From: Escherichia coli
GTDB taxonomy: Bacteria; Pseudomonadota; Gammaproteobacteria; Enterobacterales; Enterobacteriaceae
DNA length: 64,000 nt
Assembly: GCF_044324875.1 (NCBI RefSeq)
Contig: NZ_CP172185.1
Reading direction: 5' to 3' (one strand)
In this document: one piece after another, positions 43,907 to 56,766 of the stretch
How positions within the stretch are numbered: the stretch's first letter is position 1
How the letters are laid out: each line of letters opens with the position of its first letter
Translations under genes and position numbers: made by a program
Notes under the pieces: generated by a model
What the model was told of the DNA's origin: nothing
The model's input: the letters and a program-made list of their open reading frames with translations, nothing else
Database searches by the model: none

Positions 43907-46408
43907 ATGGCCCTGATTGTGGAATTTATTTGTGAGCTACCTAACGGCGTACATGCGCGCCCGGCAAGCCACGTTGAAACGCTGTGTAATACTTTTTCAT
44001 CACAAATTGAGTGGCATAACCTGCGCACTGACCGCAAGGGCAACGCCAAAAGCGCCCTTGCGCTGATTGGCACCGATACGCTGGTGGGCGATAACTGCCA
44101 GTTACTGATTTCCGGGGCCGACGAACAGGAAGCGCACCAGCGTTTAAGCCAATGGCTGCGCGATGAATTCCCCCACTGCGACGCACCGCTGGCGGAAGTA
44201 AAATCTGACGAACTGGAACCACTGCCGGTTTCACTGACCAATCTGAATCCGCGAATTATCCGCGCCCGCACCGTGTGCAGCGGTAGCGCAGGTGGCATTC
44301 TGACGCCGATCTCTTCTTTAGATCTCAATGCGCTGGGTAATCTTCCTGCTGCCAAAGGCGTTGACGCCGAGCAATCCGCGCTGGAAAACGGCCTGACACT
44401 GGTGATGAAAAACATTGAATTTCGTCTGCTGGATAGCGACGGTGCTACCAGCGCGATACTGGAAGCTCACCGATCCCTGGCTGGCGATACTTCTTTACGT
44501 CAGCACTTACTGGCAGGCGTCAGCGAGGGATTAAGCTGTGCCGAAGCGATTGTCGCCAGTGCACACCACTTCTGCGAAGAGTTCGCCCGTTCCAGCAGCA
44601 GCTACCTGCAAGAACGTGCCCTGGACGTACGCGACGTCTGCTTCCAGTTACTCCAGCAAATCTACGGTGAGCAACGCTTCCCGGCACCGGGCAAACTGAC
44701 GCAGCCCGCCATTTGTATGGCTGATGAACTGACCCCCAGCCAGTTCCTCGAACTGGATAAAAATCACCTCAAAGGATTGTTGCTCAAAAGCGGCGGCACC
44801 ACCTCACATACGGTGATCCTTGCCCGTTCGTTCAACATTCCGACGCTGGTTGGTGTGGATATTGATGCCCTCACTCCGTGGCAGCATCAAACGATTTATA
44901 TCGACGGCAACGCTGGGGCGATTGTGGTTGAGCCAGGGGAAGCCGTAGCTCGTTATTATCAGCAGGAAGCCCGCGTACAGGACGCCCTGCGTGAGCAACA
45001 GCGTGTCTGGCTGACCCAACAAGCCCGTACCGCTGACGGTATCCGCATTGAAATTGCCGCTAACATCGCTCACTCCGTGGAAGCGCAGGCCGCATTCGGC
45101 AATGGTGCGGAAGGCGTTGGTTTATTCCGCACTGAAATGCTCTATATGGATCGCACCAGTGCACCGGGCGAAAGCGAGCTGTACAACATTTTTTGCCAGG
45201 CGCTGGAGTCCGCCAACGGACGCAGCATTATTGTGCGCACTATGGATATTGGCGGTGACAAACCCGTTGATTATCTGAACATTCCCGCAGAGGCAAACCC
45301 GTTCCTCGGTTATCGCGCCGTGCGTATTTATGAAGAGTACGCGTCGTTATTTACCACACAACTACGGTCGATTCTCCGTGCCTCCGCTCACGGCAGCCTG
45401 AAAATCATGATCCCGATGATCTCCTCAATGGAAGAGATCTTATGGGTAAAAGAAAAACTGGCAGAAGCCAAACAGCAACTACGTAACGAACACATTCCGT
45501 TTGATGAGAAGATCCAGCTCGGCATTATGCTGGAAGTGCCGTCGGTGATGTTCATCATCGATCAATGCTGCGAAGAGATTGATTTCTTTAGTATCGGTAG
45601 TAATGACCTGACGCAATATCTGCTGGCAGTGGATCGCGATAACGCTAAGGTTACTCGTCACTATAACAGCCTGAATCCAGCATTCTTGCGGGCGCTCGAT
45701 TACGCCGTGCAGGCGGTGCATCGCCAGGGCAAATGGATTGGTCTGTGCGGTGAACTGGGAGCGAAAGGTTCCGTGCTGCCATTGCTGGTCGGTTTAGGGC
45801 TGGATGAGCTGAGCATGAGCGCACCGTCAATTCCGGCGGCGAAAGCGCGGATGGCGCAACTTGATAGCCGTGAGTGCCGCCAGTTGCTCAACCAGGCAAT
45901 GGCCTGCCGTACTTCGCTGGAAGTGGAACACCTGCTGGCGCAATTCCGCATGACCCAACAAGACGCACCGCTGGTCACCGCCGAGTGCATCACACTGGAA
46001 AGCGACTGGCGCAGCAAAGAAGAAGTGCTCAAAGGCATGACCGATAACCTGCTGCTGGCGGGCCGCTGCCGCTATCCGCGTAAACTGGAAGCCGACTTGT
46101 GGGCGCGCGAGGCCGTTTTCTCTACCGGTCTGGGCTTTAGTTTTGCCATTCCCCACAGCAAATCGGAACATATTGAGCAATCCACCATCAGCGTAGCGCG
46201 TCTGCAAGCGCCGGTGCGCTGGGGCGATGATGAAGCGCAATTCATCATTATGTTAACGCTGAACAAACACGCTGCGGGCGATCAGCACATGCGCATTTTC
46301 TCGCGCCTCGCTCGCCGCATCATGCACGAAGAATTCCGTAACGCGCTGGTTAACGCCGCCTCTGCCGACGCTATCGCCAGCCTGCTGCAACATGAACTGG
46401 AACTGTAA
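43907..46408 (+). CDS. ptsA: PTS multiphosphoryl transfer protein (fused HPr / Enzyme I / EIIA-like domains)
   Basis: ORF translation [88 protein letters not shown]..., 833 aa. Confidence 0.94.
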   Translation: MALIVEFICELPNGVHARPASHVETLCNTFSSQIEWHNLRTDRKGNAKSALALIGTDTLVGDNCQLLISGADEQEAHQRLSQWLRDEFPHCDAPLAEVKSDELEPLPVSLTNLNPRIIRARTVCSGSAGGILTPISSLDLNALGNLPAAKGVDAEQSALENGLTLVMKNIEFRLLDSDGATSAILEAHRSLAGDTSLRQHLLAGVSEGLSCAEAIVASAHHFCEEFARSSSSYLQERALDVRDVCFQLLQQIYGEQRFPAPGKLTQPAICMADELTPSQFLELDKNHLKGLLLKSGGTTSHTVILARSFNIPTLVGVDIDALTPWQHQTIYIDGNAGAIVVEPGEAVARYYQQEARVQDALREQQRVWLTQQARTADGIRIEIAANIAHSVEAQAAFGNGAEGVGLFRTEMLYMDRTSAPGESELYNIFCQALESANGRSIIVRTMDIGGDKPVDYLNIPAEANPFLGYRAVRIYEEYASLFTTQLRSILRASAHGSLKIMIPMISSMEEILWVKEKLAEAKQQLRNEHIPFDEKIQLGIMLEVPSVMFIIDQCCEEIDFFSIGSNDLTQYLLAVDRDNAKVTRHYNSLNPAFLRALDYAVQAVHRQGKWIGLCGELGAKGSVLPLLVGLGLDELSMSAPSIPAAKARMAQLDSRECRQLLNQAMACRTSLEVEHLLAQFRMTQQDAPLVTAECITLESDWRSKEEVLKGMTDNLLLAGRCRYPRKLEADLWAREAVFSTGLGFSFAIPHSKSEHIEQSTISVARLQAPVRWGDDEAQFIIMLTLNKHAAGDQHMRIFSRLARRIMHEEFRNALVNAASADAIASLLQHELEL

Positions 46409-46419
46409 AAGGAAACATC

Positions 46420-47082
46420 ATGGAACTGTATCTGGACACCGCTAACGTCGCAGAAGTCGAACGTCTGGCACGCATATTCCCGATTGCCGGGGTGACAACT
46501 AACCCGAGCATTATCGCTGCCAGCAAGGAGTCCATATGGGAAGTGCTACCGCGTCTGCAAAAAGCGATTGGTGATGAGGGCATTCTGTTTGCTCAGACCA
46601 TGAGCCGCGACGCGCAGGGGATGGTGGAAGAAGCGAAGCGCCTGCGCGACGCCATTCCGGGTATTGTGGTGAAAATCCCGGTGACTTCCGAAGGTCTGGC
46701 AGCAATTAAAATACTGAAAAAAGAGGGTATTACTACACTTGGCACCGCTGTATATAGCGCCGCACAAGGGTTATTAGCCGCACTGGCAGGGGCAAAATAC
46801 GTTGCTCCGTATGTTAACCGCGTAGATGCCCAGGGCGGAGACGGCATTCGTACGGTTCAGGAGCTGCAAGCGCTGTTAGAAATGCACGCACCAGAAAGCA
46901 TGGTGCTGGCGGCCAGCTTTAAAACGCCGCGTCAGGCGCTGGACTGTTTACTGGCAGGATGTGAATCCATCACCCTGCCCTTAGATGTAGCGCAACAAAT
47001 GCTCAACACCCCTGCGGTAGAGTCAGCTATAGAGAAGTTCGAACACGACTGGAATGCCGCATTTGGCACTACTCATCTCTAA
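46420..47082 (+). CDS. fsaB: Fructose-6-phosphate aldolase 2 (transaldolase-like)
   Basis: ORF translation [97 protein letters not shown]..., 220 aa. Confidence 0.95.
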   Translation: MELYLDTANVAEVERLARIFPIAGVTTNPSIIAASKESIWEVLPRLQKAIGDEGILFAQTMSRDAQGMVEEAKRLRDAIPGIVVKIPVTSEGLAAIKILKKEGITTLGTAVYSAAQGLLAALAGAKYVAPYVNRVDAQGGDGIRTVQELQALLEMHAPESMVLAASFKTPRQALDCLLAGCESITLPLDVAQQMLNTPAVESAIEKFEHDWNAAFGTTHL

Positions 47083-47092
47083 AGGAGCAATT

Positions 47093-48196
47093 ATGGACCG
47101 TATTATTCAATCACCGGGTAAATACATCCAGGGCGCTGATGTGATTAATCGTCTGGGCGAATACCTGAAGCCGCTGGCAGAACGCTGGTTAGTGGTGGGT
47201 GACAAATTTGTTTTAGGTTTTGCTCAATCCACTGTCGAGAAAAGCTTTAAAGATGCTGGACTGGTAGTAGAAATTGCGCCGTTTGGCGGTGAATGTTCGC
47301 AAAATGAGATCGACCGTCTGCGTGGCATCGCGGAGACTGCGCAGTGTGGCGCAATTCTCGGTATCGGTGGCGGAAAAACTCTCGATACTGCCAAAGCACT
47401 GGCACATTTCATGGGTGTTCCGGTAGCGATCGCACCGACTATCGCCTCTACCGACGCACCGTGCAGCGCATTGTCTGTTATCTACACCGATGATGGTGAA
47501 TTTGACCGCTATCTGATGTTGCCAAATAACCCGAATATGGTCATTGTCGACACCAAAATCGTCGCTGGCGCACCTGCACGTCTGTTAGCGGCGGGTATCG
47601 GCGATGCGCTGGCAACCTGGTTTGAAGCACGCGCCTGTTCCCGTAGCGGCGCTACCACTATGGCGGGCGGCAAGTGTACCCAGGCGGCGCTGGCACTGGC
47701 AGAACTGTGCTACAACACTCTGCTGGAAGAAGGCGAAAAAGCGATGCTTGCCGCCGAACAGCATGTAGTGACTCCGGCGCTGGAGCGCGTGATTGAAGCG
47801 AACACCTATTTGAGCGGCGTTGGTTTTGAAAGCGGCGGGCTGGCGGCGGCTCACGCGGTGCATAACGGCCTGACCGCTATCCCGGACGCGCATCACTATT
47901 ACCACGGTGAAAAAGTGGCATTTGGTACGCTGACGCAGCTGGTTCTGGAAAATGCGCCGGTGGAGGAAATCGAAACCGTAGCTGCACTTAGCTATGCGGT
48001 AGGTTTGCCAATAACTCTCGCTCAACTGGATATTAAAGAAGATGTCCCGGCGAAAATGCGAATTGTGGCAGAAGCGGCATGTGCAGAAGGTGAAACCATC
48101 CACAACATGCCTGGCGGCGCGACGCCAGATCAGGTTTACGCTGCACTGCTGGTAGCCGACCAGTACGGTCAGCGTTTCCTGCAAGAGTGGGAATAA
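47093..48196 (+). CDS. gldA: Glycerol dehydrogenase
   Basis: ORF 47054..48196 contains [81 protein letters not shown]...; start placed at MDRIIQ (367 codons). Confidence 0.94.
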   Translation: MDRIIQSPGKYIQGADVINRLGEYLKPLAERWLVVGDKFVLGFAQSTVEKSFKDAGLVVEIAPFGGECSQNEIDRLRGIAETAQCGAILGIGGGKTLDTAKALAHFMGVPVAIAPTIASTDAPCSALSVIYTDDGEFDRYLMLPNNPNMVIVDTKIVAGAPARLLAAGIGDALATWFEARACSRSGATTMAGGKCTQAALALAELCYNTLLEEGEKAMLAAEQHVVTPALERVIEANTYLSGVGFESGGLAAAHAVHNGLTAIPDAHHYYHGEKVAFGTLTQLVLENAPVEEIETVAALSYAVGLPITLAQLDIKEDVPAKMRIVAEAACAEGETIHNMPGGATPDQVYAALLVADQYGQRFLQEWE

Positions 48197-48205
48197 CCTA
48201 CTCCA

Positions 48206-48229
48206 AACTCCCGGCTTGTCCGGGAGTTT
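48206..48229 (+). terminator. gldA intrinsic terminator
   Basis: AAACTCCCGGCTTGTCCGGGAGTTT perfect hairpin just after the gldA stop. Confidence 0.7.
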
Positions 48230-48274
48230 GAGAGTGCAGGCAAAGTGGCTCACTCGTCACTGCGGGCATGTTTT

Positions 48275-48384
48275 TCCCCCTCGCCCTTTCAGGGAGAGGG
48301 TCGGGATGAGGGTAAATATTCGCCCCGGAGCTGGCCTGTTCCCCTCACCCTAACCCTCTCCCCAAAGGGGAGAGGGGACTGTTC
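48275..48384. repeat. Inverted pair of GC-rich intergenic repeat units (boxC-like family)
   Basis: TTCCCCCTCGCCCTTTCAGGGAGAGGGTCGGGATGAGGGTAAAT (48275..48318) and its near reverse complement TTCCCCTCACCCTAACCCTCTCCCCAAAGGGGAGAGGGGACTG (48340..48384); same family as 32731..32778. Confidence 0.6.
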
Positions 48385-48526
48385 GAGCACTTTTTATACG
48401 TTATCACCCGTCTGAAACTCCCACGTTGTTCAGGAATTTTTTATCCGCTTCTGGACATTTTCTCTACAGAACAATCGTTAGCCCGGAAGGTCGAATCTGT
48501 GACTCTTATTTTCACGGACGAACCAG

Positions 48527-49144
48527 ATGAAAGCTTCACTGGTGCTGGTCAGCCTGCTAACGGCGTTTACCAGCCACTCCTTAAAATCTCCCGCCGTTCC
48601 ACCAACCGTGGTACAAATCCAGGCCAACACCAACCTTGCCATCGCAGACGGTGCCAGACAGCAAATCGGCAGCACGCTATTTTACGATCCGGCGTATGTG
48701 CAGCTTACCTATCCTGGCGGTGATGTCCCGCAAGAACGCGGCGTATGTTCCGATGTGGTGATCCGCGCCTTGCGCAGCCAGAAGGTCGATTTGCAGAAAC
48801 TGGTTCACGAAGATATGGCGAAGAATTTTGCTGAGTACCCGCAAAAATGGCAGTTAAAGCGCCCGGACAGCAACATCGATCACCGTCGGGTGCCTAATCT
48901 GGAAACCTGGTTTAGCCGCCACGATAAAACACGCCCCACCAGCAAGAACCCCGGTGATTATCAAGCGGGCGATATTGTCTCCTGGCGATTAGATAACGGG
49001 CTGGCGCATATTGGGGTGGTTTCAGATGGCTTCGCCCGCGACGGTACGCCGCTGGTGATACATAACATTGGCGCAGGCGCGCAGGAAGAAGACGTGCTGT
49101 TTAGCTGGCGGATGGTGGGGCACTATCGGTATTTTGTTAAATAA
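48527..49144 (+). CDS. yijF: DUF1287-family protein YijF (predicted periplasmic, signal peptide)
   Basis: ORF translation MKASLVLVSLLTAFTSHSLKSPAVPPTVVQIQANTNLAIADGARQQIGSTLFYDPAYVQLTYPGGDVPQERGVCSDVVIRALRSQ..., 205 aa. Confidence 0.9.
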   Translation: MKASLVLVSLLTAFTSHSLKSPAVPPTVVQIQANTNLAIADGARQQIGSTLFYDPAYVQLTYPGGDVPQERGVCSDVVIRALRSQKVDLQKLVHEDMAKNFAEYPQKWQLKRPDSNIDHRRVPNLETWFSRHDKTRPTSKNPGDYQAGDIVSWRLDNGLAHIGVVSDGFARDGTPLVIHNIGAGAQEEDVLFSWRMVGHYRYFVK

Positions 49145-49170
49145 GCGATCGCCCCACATGAAGAAAAAAT

Positions 49171-50076
49171 TCAGATGTTTTTTACACTGACAGCTTCTTT
49201 TTTCTTACGGCTCACCAGCGCCAGTGCCAGCACAATCAGCACAATACCGCTACCTTCAACGGCCCCCGGATTCTCACCGAGCAGCCACCAGGAAAAGAGT
49301 ACGCCGCAAACGGGAACGGCCAGTGTGCTTAAGCTGGCAATACTGGCAGGCAAGTTTTTCAATACAAACAACCATAAGCTCCACGCCAGCGCCGTCGCCA
49401 GAATCGCACTGTAGGCCAGCGCCCAGAACACGGTGGGCTGCCAGTCAATTTCACGTTGCGGCACCAGTAAAGCGACCACACTCATCACCATCGCCGCATA
49501 AAGCATCTGCCAGGATGTTAACGACAATAAATCCACGCGTGGATGGCGGGCGTATAGGCGTTTCGCGACAATCGCGCTCGCCCCCCAACTAACACCGGAG
49601 AGGATTGCCAGCATGGCACTTTTCATCGAAGAGAAATCGAGCTGCCACGGTTGTAACACCAGCAGTAAGCCAACGGCGGCAATCAGAATCGCAAAATATT
49701 GCCCACGTCGCAGGCGTTCACCGAGAAACAACGCGGCGAAAATCACCACCCAGAACGGCATGGTATAGCTCAGGATCGCCACCTTCCCCGCTCCGCCGCT
49801 GACCAGCGCCCACTGCGCCAGGCCAACCATCCCACAGGTTTGTAACAGGGCAATGGCTAAGGTGTATTTAAACGGCGTCAGGCGCATTCCGCGACCACGT
49901 AATAAAAGGACGATGAATAAAACGAGAGCGCCGAAAATGCAGCGTAAGGCGGTAAAGTCGAAGGCACCGATGTAGCTGGTGACTTGCTTCATGAAAATCC
50001 AGCTATAACTCCAGATAAGTGTGAGCACAACCAGGCCACTGATTGCCAGTGGGTTGCTCTTTCCTGCGGCAGACAT
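49171..50076 (-). CDS. yijE: EamA/DMT-family inner-membrane transporter YijE
   Basis: ORF 49171..50109 contains [69 protein letters not shown]...; start placed at MSAAGK (301 codons); polytopic hydrophobic. Confidence 0.9.
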   Translation of the reverse strand: MSAAGKSNPLAISGLVVLTLIWSYSWIFMKQVTSYIGAFDFTALRCIFGALVLFIVLLLRGRGMRLTPFKYTLAIALLQTCGMVGLAQWALVSGGAGKVAILSYTMPFWVVIFAALFLGERLRRGQYFAILIAAVGLLLVLQPWQLDFSSMKSAMLAILSGVSWGASAIVAKRLYARHPRVDLLSLTSWQMLYAAMVMSVVALLVPQREIDWQPTVFWALAYSAILATALAWSLWLFVLKNLPASIASLSTLAVPVCGVLFSWWLLGENPGAVEGSGIVLIVLALALVSRKKKEAVSVKNI

Positions 50077-50128
50077 GAGAGATCCAGTGTGTAGTTTTCC
50101 TGTGGACACTATACGCCGGTAAAGAAAC

Positions 50129-50161
50129 TTCAGCGACTGCCATCAGGCAGTCGCTGAAGAA
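50129..50161 (-). terminator. katG intrinsic terminator
   Basis: Palindrome CTTCAGCGACTGCCATCAGGCAGTCGCTGAAG immediately downstream of the katG stop, followed by a T-rich run on the - strand. Confidence 0.65.
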
Positions 50162-50168
50162 GGTCAGA

Positions 50169-52403
<2,235 letters not shown>

Positions 52404-52677
52404 TTATAATTGAATTAATCCACGGATGCGATAGTTGAGATCTTACATATTGTTGGTTAAAGAGATGTAGATCAAATTGATCGTAATTAAGCTTTTTTGA
52501 TTATGTCCGAATTCGGATAAATGCTTTATAAAAAAGGGTTTTAGCTTCATATCCTTCAAGTAATGAGGGAGAAAACAAGGCTGACAACCTTATTTTCCCG
52601 CCCTCATTTCGAGGCAGCATTTTGTGCTCTGTTTAAAATTTGTGATCACTGTGTGATTTTCACAAAAGCCACACTAT

Positions 52678-53571
<894 letters not shown>

Positions 53572-53604
53572 TTACCTCATCAATCGCTTGTCGTTATATG
53601 TTGT

Positions 53605-53650
53605 GTTGTGAACATCTATCCATTTAGACGTCCAGATGTAAAGATGAAGG
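53605..53650 (-). promoter_or_regulatory. metF promoter with MetJ operator (met boxes)
   Basis: On - strand upstream of metF: ...TTACATCTGGACGTCTAAATGGATAGATGTTCAC..., tandem AGACGTCT-like met boxes. Confidence 0.7.
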
Positions 53651-53863
53651 AAAAGCCGAGGGGCGTCAACCGAAAAATGACCAATGATGGTGAGGAAAAA
53701 TCAGGGAAGTTGAAAAAAACTCATCTTAATTAGAGGCGATAAAAGATTTCTCTATAGAGCAATCCACCTCGCACGTTTTGACTGATATTCTGACAACACA
53801 GCGACACCTGGGCTTATTCGAAAAACAACGTCCTGCCACCGGATGGTGATGCTAAGGCATCTG

Positions 53864-53893
53864 ATTCGGCCTGCGCCCTCGCGTAGGCCGAAT
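53864..53893. repeat. REP-like palindromic element
   Basis: ATTCGGCCT-N12-AGGCCGAAT perfect 9-bp inverted repeat with no adjacent T-run, lying between the metF promoter and the accessory insert. Confidence 0.4.
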
Positions 53894-53949
53894 ACTGGAT
53901 CTGCAAAATCAACTGGTAACAAACAGATGAATCAACTCAATACGTACTT

Positions 53950-55503
53950 TTACTTGATATCTTTCACGCGCATACCGTTGATCTGTTCATCCGTGATGGT
54001 GTTACCCGCTTTGAAGTAATCAACCACGGCGTGATAAACGTAATAACCGCCCGTTGTGTTACGCGCTTTCCCTTCGGTAAAGGCGGTAAAACCATCTCCA
54101 CCATCAGCAAGGAAACTCTGAGTAGCAATGTGGTAAATCGTCGCATCTTCAATGGGTTTGCCATTCAGAGTCAGTGTGATTACCCGCTGACCAACCGGTT
54201 TGCTGCTGTCGTACTTCATTTCCAGGCCTTTCGATACCTGTAAAACGCCATTACTTAAACTTGCGCCGTGTTCCATCAAACTGCGTAATTGTTTACCTGT
54301 GAGATCCATCGTCACCAGTTCATTGGGGAACGGGAAGGTACTGATGACGCCGCCCATCGTAATCGCCCCTGCGGGGATCTCATTGCGAATGCCGCCAGAG
54401 TTGGTTAACGCCAATTGGGTGTTTTTACCCGCCGCTACCAGTAAAGCATCAGCCGCCAGGTTCCCGAGGGAAGCCGATTCACCATAGGCACGTTTTAATT
54501 CAACCGGCGATTTCGCGACCGTTTGTTGCACCACTTCATCAAGCTTTTTATTCCAGCCGTCGATCACCTGTTTCGTTTGCGGATCGGGCTTCCACTCATC
54601 GGCGTAAATGGTTTTAAGCTCGAAGTTTTTCACCGTAAAATCATGCGGCTTCTCTTTGTAGTCGAGGACCAGTTTGCCCACATCAATCCCGCCGCTGTCA
54701 GTGGAGAGGATGAGCGTATTGCCGACTTTAATCGGTTCCGGCGTACCCACATGTGCATGTCCGGTGATCAAAATATCCAGCCCTTTCACCTGACTTGCCG
54801 TCTGAATATCTTTATCCAACGCGCGACGCACATCGGTCCCTCCCATACTGGACTGGCGGGCCGGAACACCTTCGTGGATCAGGGCGACGGTCAAATCAAC
54901 CTTGCCTTTGAGTTCATCGATATAACGTTGTAGCCATTTAATTTCATCACGCGCCTCAATACCCACTCGCGTTGCCGCAGATACCGTGTCATTAAAGGCA
55001 AATACACCGTGCAAACCTATAACGCCTATTTTCACACCGTCTTTTTCGATGATGGTATAGGGCTTATCCCAGAATGATTTACTGCTGTTCTGATAAAAAA
55101 CATTGCCCTGCACAATCGGGAATTTTGCCTGACTCAACTGTAATAATGTGTTGTCCCAGCCGTGGTCAAATTCATGGTTGCCTATCGTGACGGCATCAAA
55201 CGGCATAGTATTCATAATATCGATAATAGCCTTACCTTTGGTCAGGCTGCTGATATAGGGCCAGGTAAAATAGTCGCCCGCATCAAAAAACCATGTCGCT
55301 TTATTTTTTGCTTTTTCTTGCTTAACCAGCGTAGTGATATTTGCCCAGCCGCCAATATCCCGTTTACCGTCAGCGATCCACGGCACTTTATAAGGCTCGA
55401 CATGTGCATGGAGGTCGTTGGTATAAATGATGGTGACATCTTTAGCGCAAGCCCAGAATGGCAGTGTTAATGCGATACCCGCAGCAAGTATTTTAATTTT
55501 CAT
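53950..55503 (-). CDS. Secreted bifunctional metallophosphatase / 5'-nucleotidase (UshA/CpdB family); not present at this locus in K-12
   Basis: 517-aa ORF: N-terminal signal peptide [20 protein letters not shown]; metallophosphoesterase motifs DLHAH, GDYF, GNHEFD, GHAHV; C-terminal 5'-nucleotidase motifs [20 protein letters not shown]; good SD (AAAGGGA) upstream. Confidence 0.85.
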   Translation of the reverse strand: MKIKILAAGIALTLPFWACAKDVTIIYTNDLHAHVEPYKVPWIADGKRDIGGWANITTLVKQEKAKNKATWFFDAGDYFTWPYISSLTKGKAIIDIMNTMPFDAVTIGNHEFDHGWDNTLLQLSQAKFPIVQGNVFYQNSSKSFWDKPYTIIEKDGVKIGVIGLHGVFAFNDTVSAATRVGIEARDEIKWLQRYIDELKGKVDLTVALIHEGVPARQSSMGGTDVRRALDKDIQTASQVKGLDILITGHAHVGTPEPIKVGNTLILSTDSGGIDVGKLVLDYKEKPHDFTVKNFELKTIYADEWKPDPQTKQVIDGWNKKLDEVVQQTVAKSPVELKRAYGESASLGNLAADALLVAAGKNTQLALTNSGGIRNEIPAGAITMGGVISTFPFPNELVTMDLTGKQLRSLMEHGASLSNGVLQVSKGLEMKYDSSKPVGQRVITLTLNGKPIEDATIYHIATQSFLADGGDGFTAFTEGKARNTTGGYYVYHAVVDYFKAGNTITDEQINGMRVKDIK

Positions 55504-55559
55504 AAACAGTCCCTTTCAGTGAGATAAAGGATTGCTACATTACGTTCTGAAAGAGTTAT

Positions 55560-55581
55560 TTATGTGAGAGTAATCACATCC
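55560..55581. promoter_or_regulatory. Candidate cAMP-CRP binding site in the divergent promoter region of the two accessory genes
   Basis: TTATGTGAGAGTAATCACATCC: TGTGA-N6-TCACA half-sites at 55563..55578, about 65 bp from each start codon. Confidence 0.5.
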
Positions 55582-55635
55582 ACAGGGGAGCGTTGCCGGA
55601 CAAAATCAACGACCATGTGAAATCGTTGGTGATAT

Positions 55636-56766
55636 ATGTCGACTCTGTTTACGATTAATGCCTGCAAGTCGTTTGGTTGCCGTAATTTAGGGCAGCCAAC
55701 ATCGACAGATTATAGCTGGCCCGACTATCGACTGGGTTATCCGGCATTGCACTGTCGGGCATGTGGCAGTTACCCGCCGTTGTTTGACGAGCAACAATTT
55801 CGTGACTGGTTGACAGTTCACTTATCTACTTTTGCAACAGAGAAAGGCCATTTTTGCCCGGTATGTTATGGCACAGAGACGATTTGTTATGGTCACAATC
55901 CACAGGGTTCGCAACGCATTCAATGCCGTAACTGCAAAAAAGTATGGACACCCAAACAATATCAGAAAGAAATAACGCCTCCCGAAATAATCGAAACGGT
56001 TGCTTTTCTCGTGCCATTTCAGGGAGTCAGCAGCGGGCAGAAACTGTATGTTTTAATCAGTTTTGATGCTCTTCGCGGTAATATTCTTCATCTTTCTACT
56101 AATTACACGCAGCATCAGGCTGGAGAAAGTCTGCATTATCGATACAGAGGAAATGCAGAACCAGAGTTACACGACAATAATATTGTACAACGCGTTGATA
56201 TGCGCGAAGCACAATTTCTACGCCGCAGTCAGTTTGATGAAATTCAGTATGGCAGCGCAGCGCTCAAGCGCAATGCCAAAGGCATTATTCTGCGTCCGGT
56301 TATCACAGCGCACGGGCATTTTAGAGTACTGAATATTTTATTCCCTACAGTAAAAACACATGTAATTTCACACGAGTGTTTTTTAAGAGGTGCGATTATT
56401 ACGGCCTGGGCAGAACTGTTTCGCCAACAGCAAGGTGAGATTTGGTTTATTGAAGAGGAAATAGCTGACTATACCGATAATACGCCCTGGCGTTTTCAGG
56501 GAACAACTTATCACGGCTGGTGGAAAAATCAGTGGCAACTTTGGGGTCAGGGCAAAAATCGTAAAATGGTATGTGCATTAACAGGCGGAAATAACAGCAA
56601 AGCTGAAATGCTCTCTTTCGCAACCAGCAGACATTTTATCGACTGGCTACATAAACAAGCAGTATTTACTCACAGCACCCCGCTTTCCGCAGGGCGCGTT
56701 ACGCAAATACTGCTTTCTCTGGCTCAGGATTACAACAACTGCGCCAGCCGGTTGATATCCGACTGA
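55636..56766 (+). CDS. Cys-rich hypothetical protein with two N-terminal zinc-ribbon motifs (second resembles transposase-type IS1 InsA / IS1595 ribbon) and an unrecognised C-terminal domain; not present in K-12
   Basis: 376-aa ORF in AT-richer DNA; CKSFGC...HCRAC and CPVCYGTETICYGHNPQGSQRIQCRNCKKVW (compare IS1 InsA CPSC...GHQRYLCSHCRKTW); last ~12 codons overlap the metL 3' end on the opposite strand. Confidence 0.7.
   Translation: MSTLFTINACKSFGCRNLGQPTSTDYSWPDYRLGYPALHCRACGSYPPLFDEQQFRDWLTVHLSTFATEKGHFCPVCYGTETICYGHNPQGSQRIQCRNCKKVWTPKQYQKEITPPEIIETVAFLVPFQGVSSGQKLYVLISFDALRGNILHLSTNYTQHQAGESLHYRYRGNAEPELHDNNIVQRVDMREAQFLRRSQFDEIQYGSAALKRNAKGIILRPVITAHGHFRVLNILFPTVKTHVISHECFLRGAIITAWAELFRQQQGEIWFIEEEIADYTDNTPWRFQGTTYHGWWKNQWQLWGQGKNRKMVCALTGGNNSKAEMLSFATSRHFIDWLHKQAVFTHSTPLSAGRVTQILLSLAQDYNNCASRLISD

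Noticed and set aside
55636-56766. Possibility that the Cys-rich ORF is the transposase of an intact insertion sequence
   Set aside because: Only the N-terminal zinc-ribbon resembles transposases; I could not find a DDE catalytic signature or terminal inverted repeats, and the 3' end abuts metL. More likely a transposase-derived or unrelated zinc-ribbon protein than an active IS; kept as a finding but not called a mobile element.
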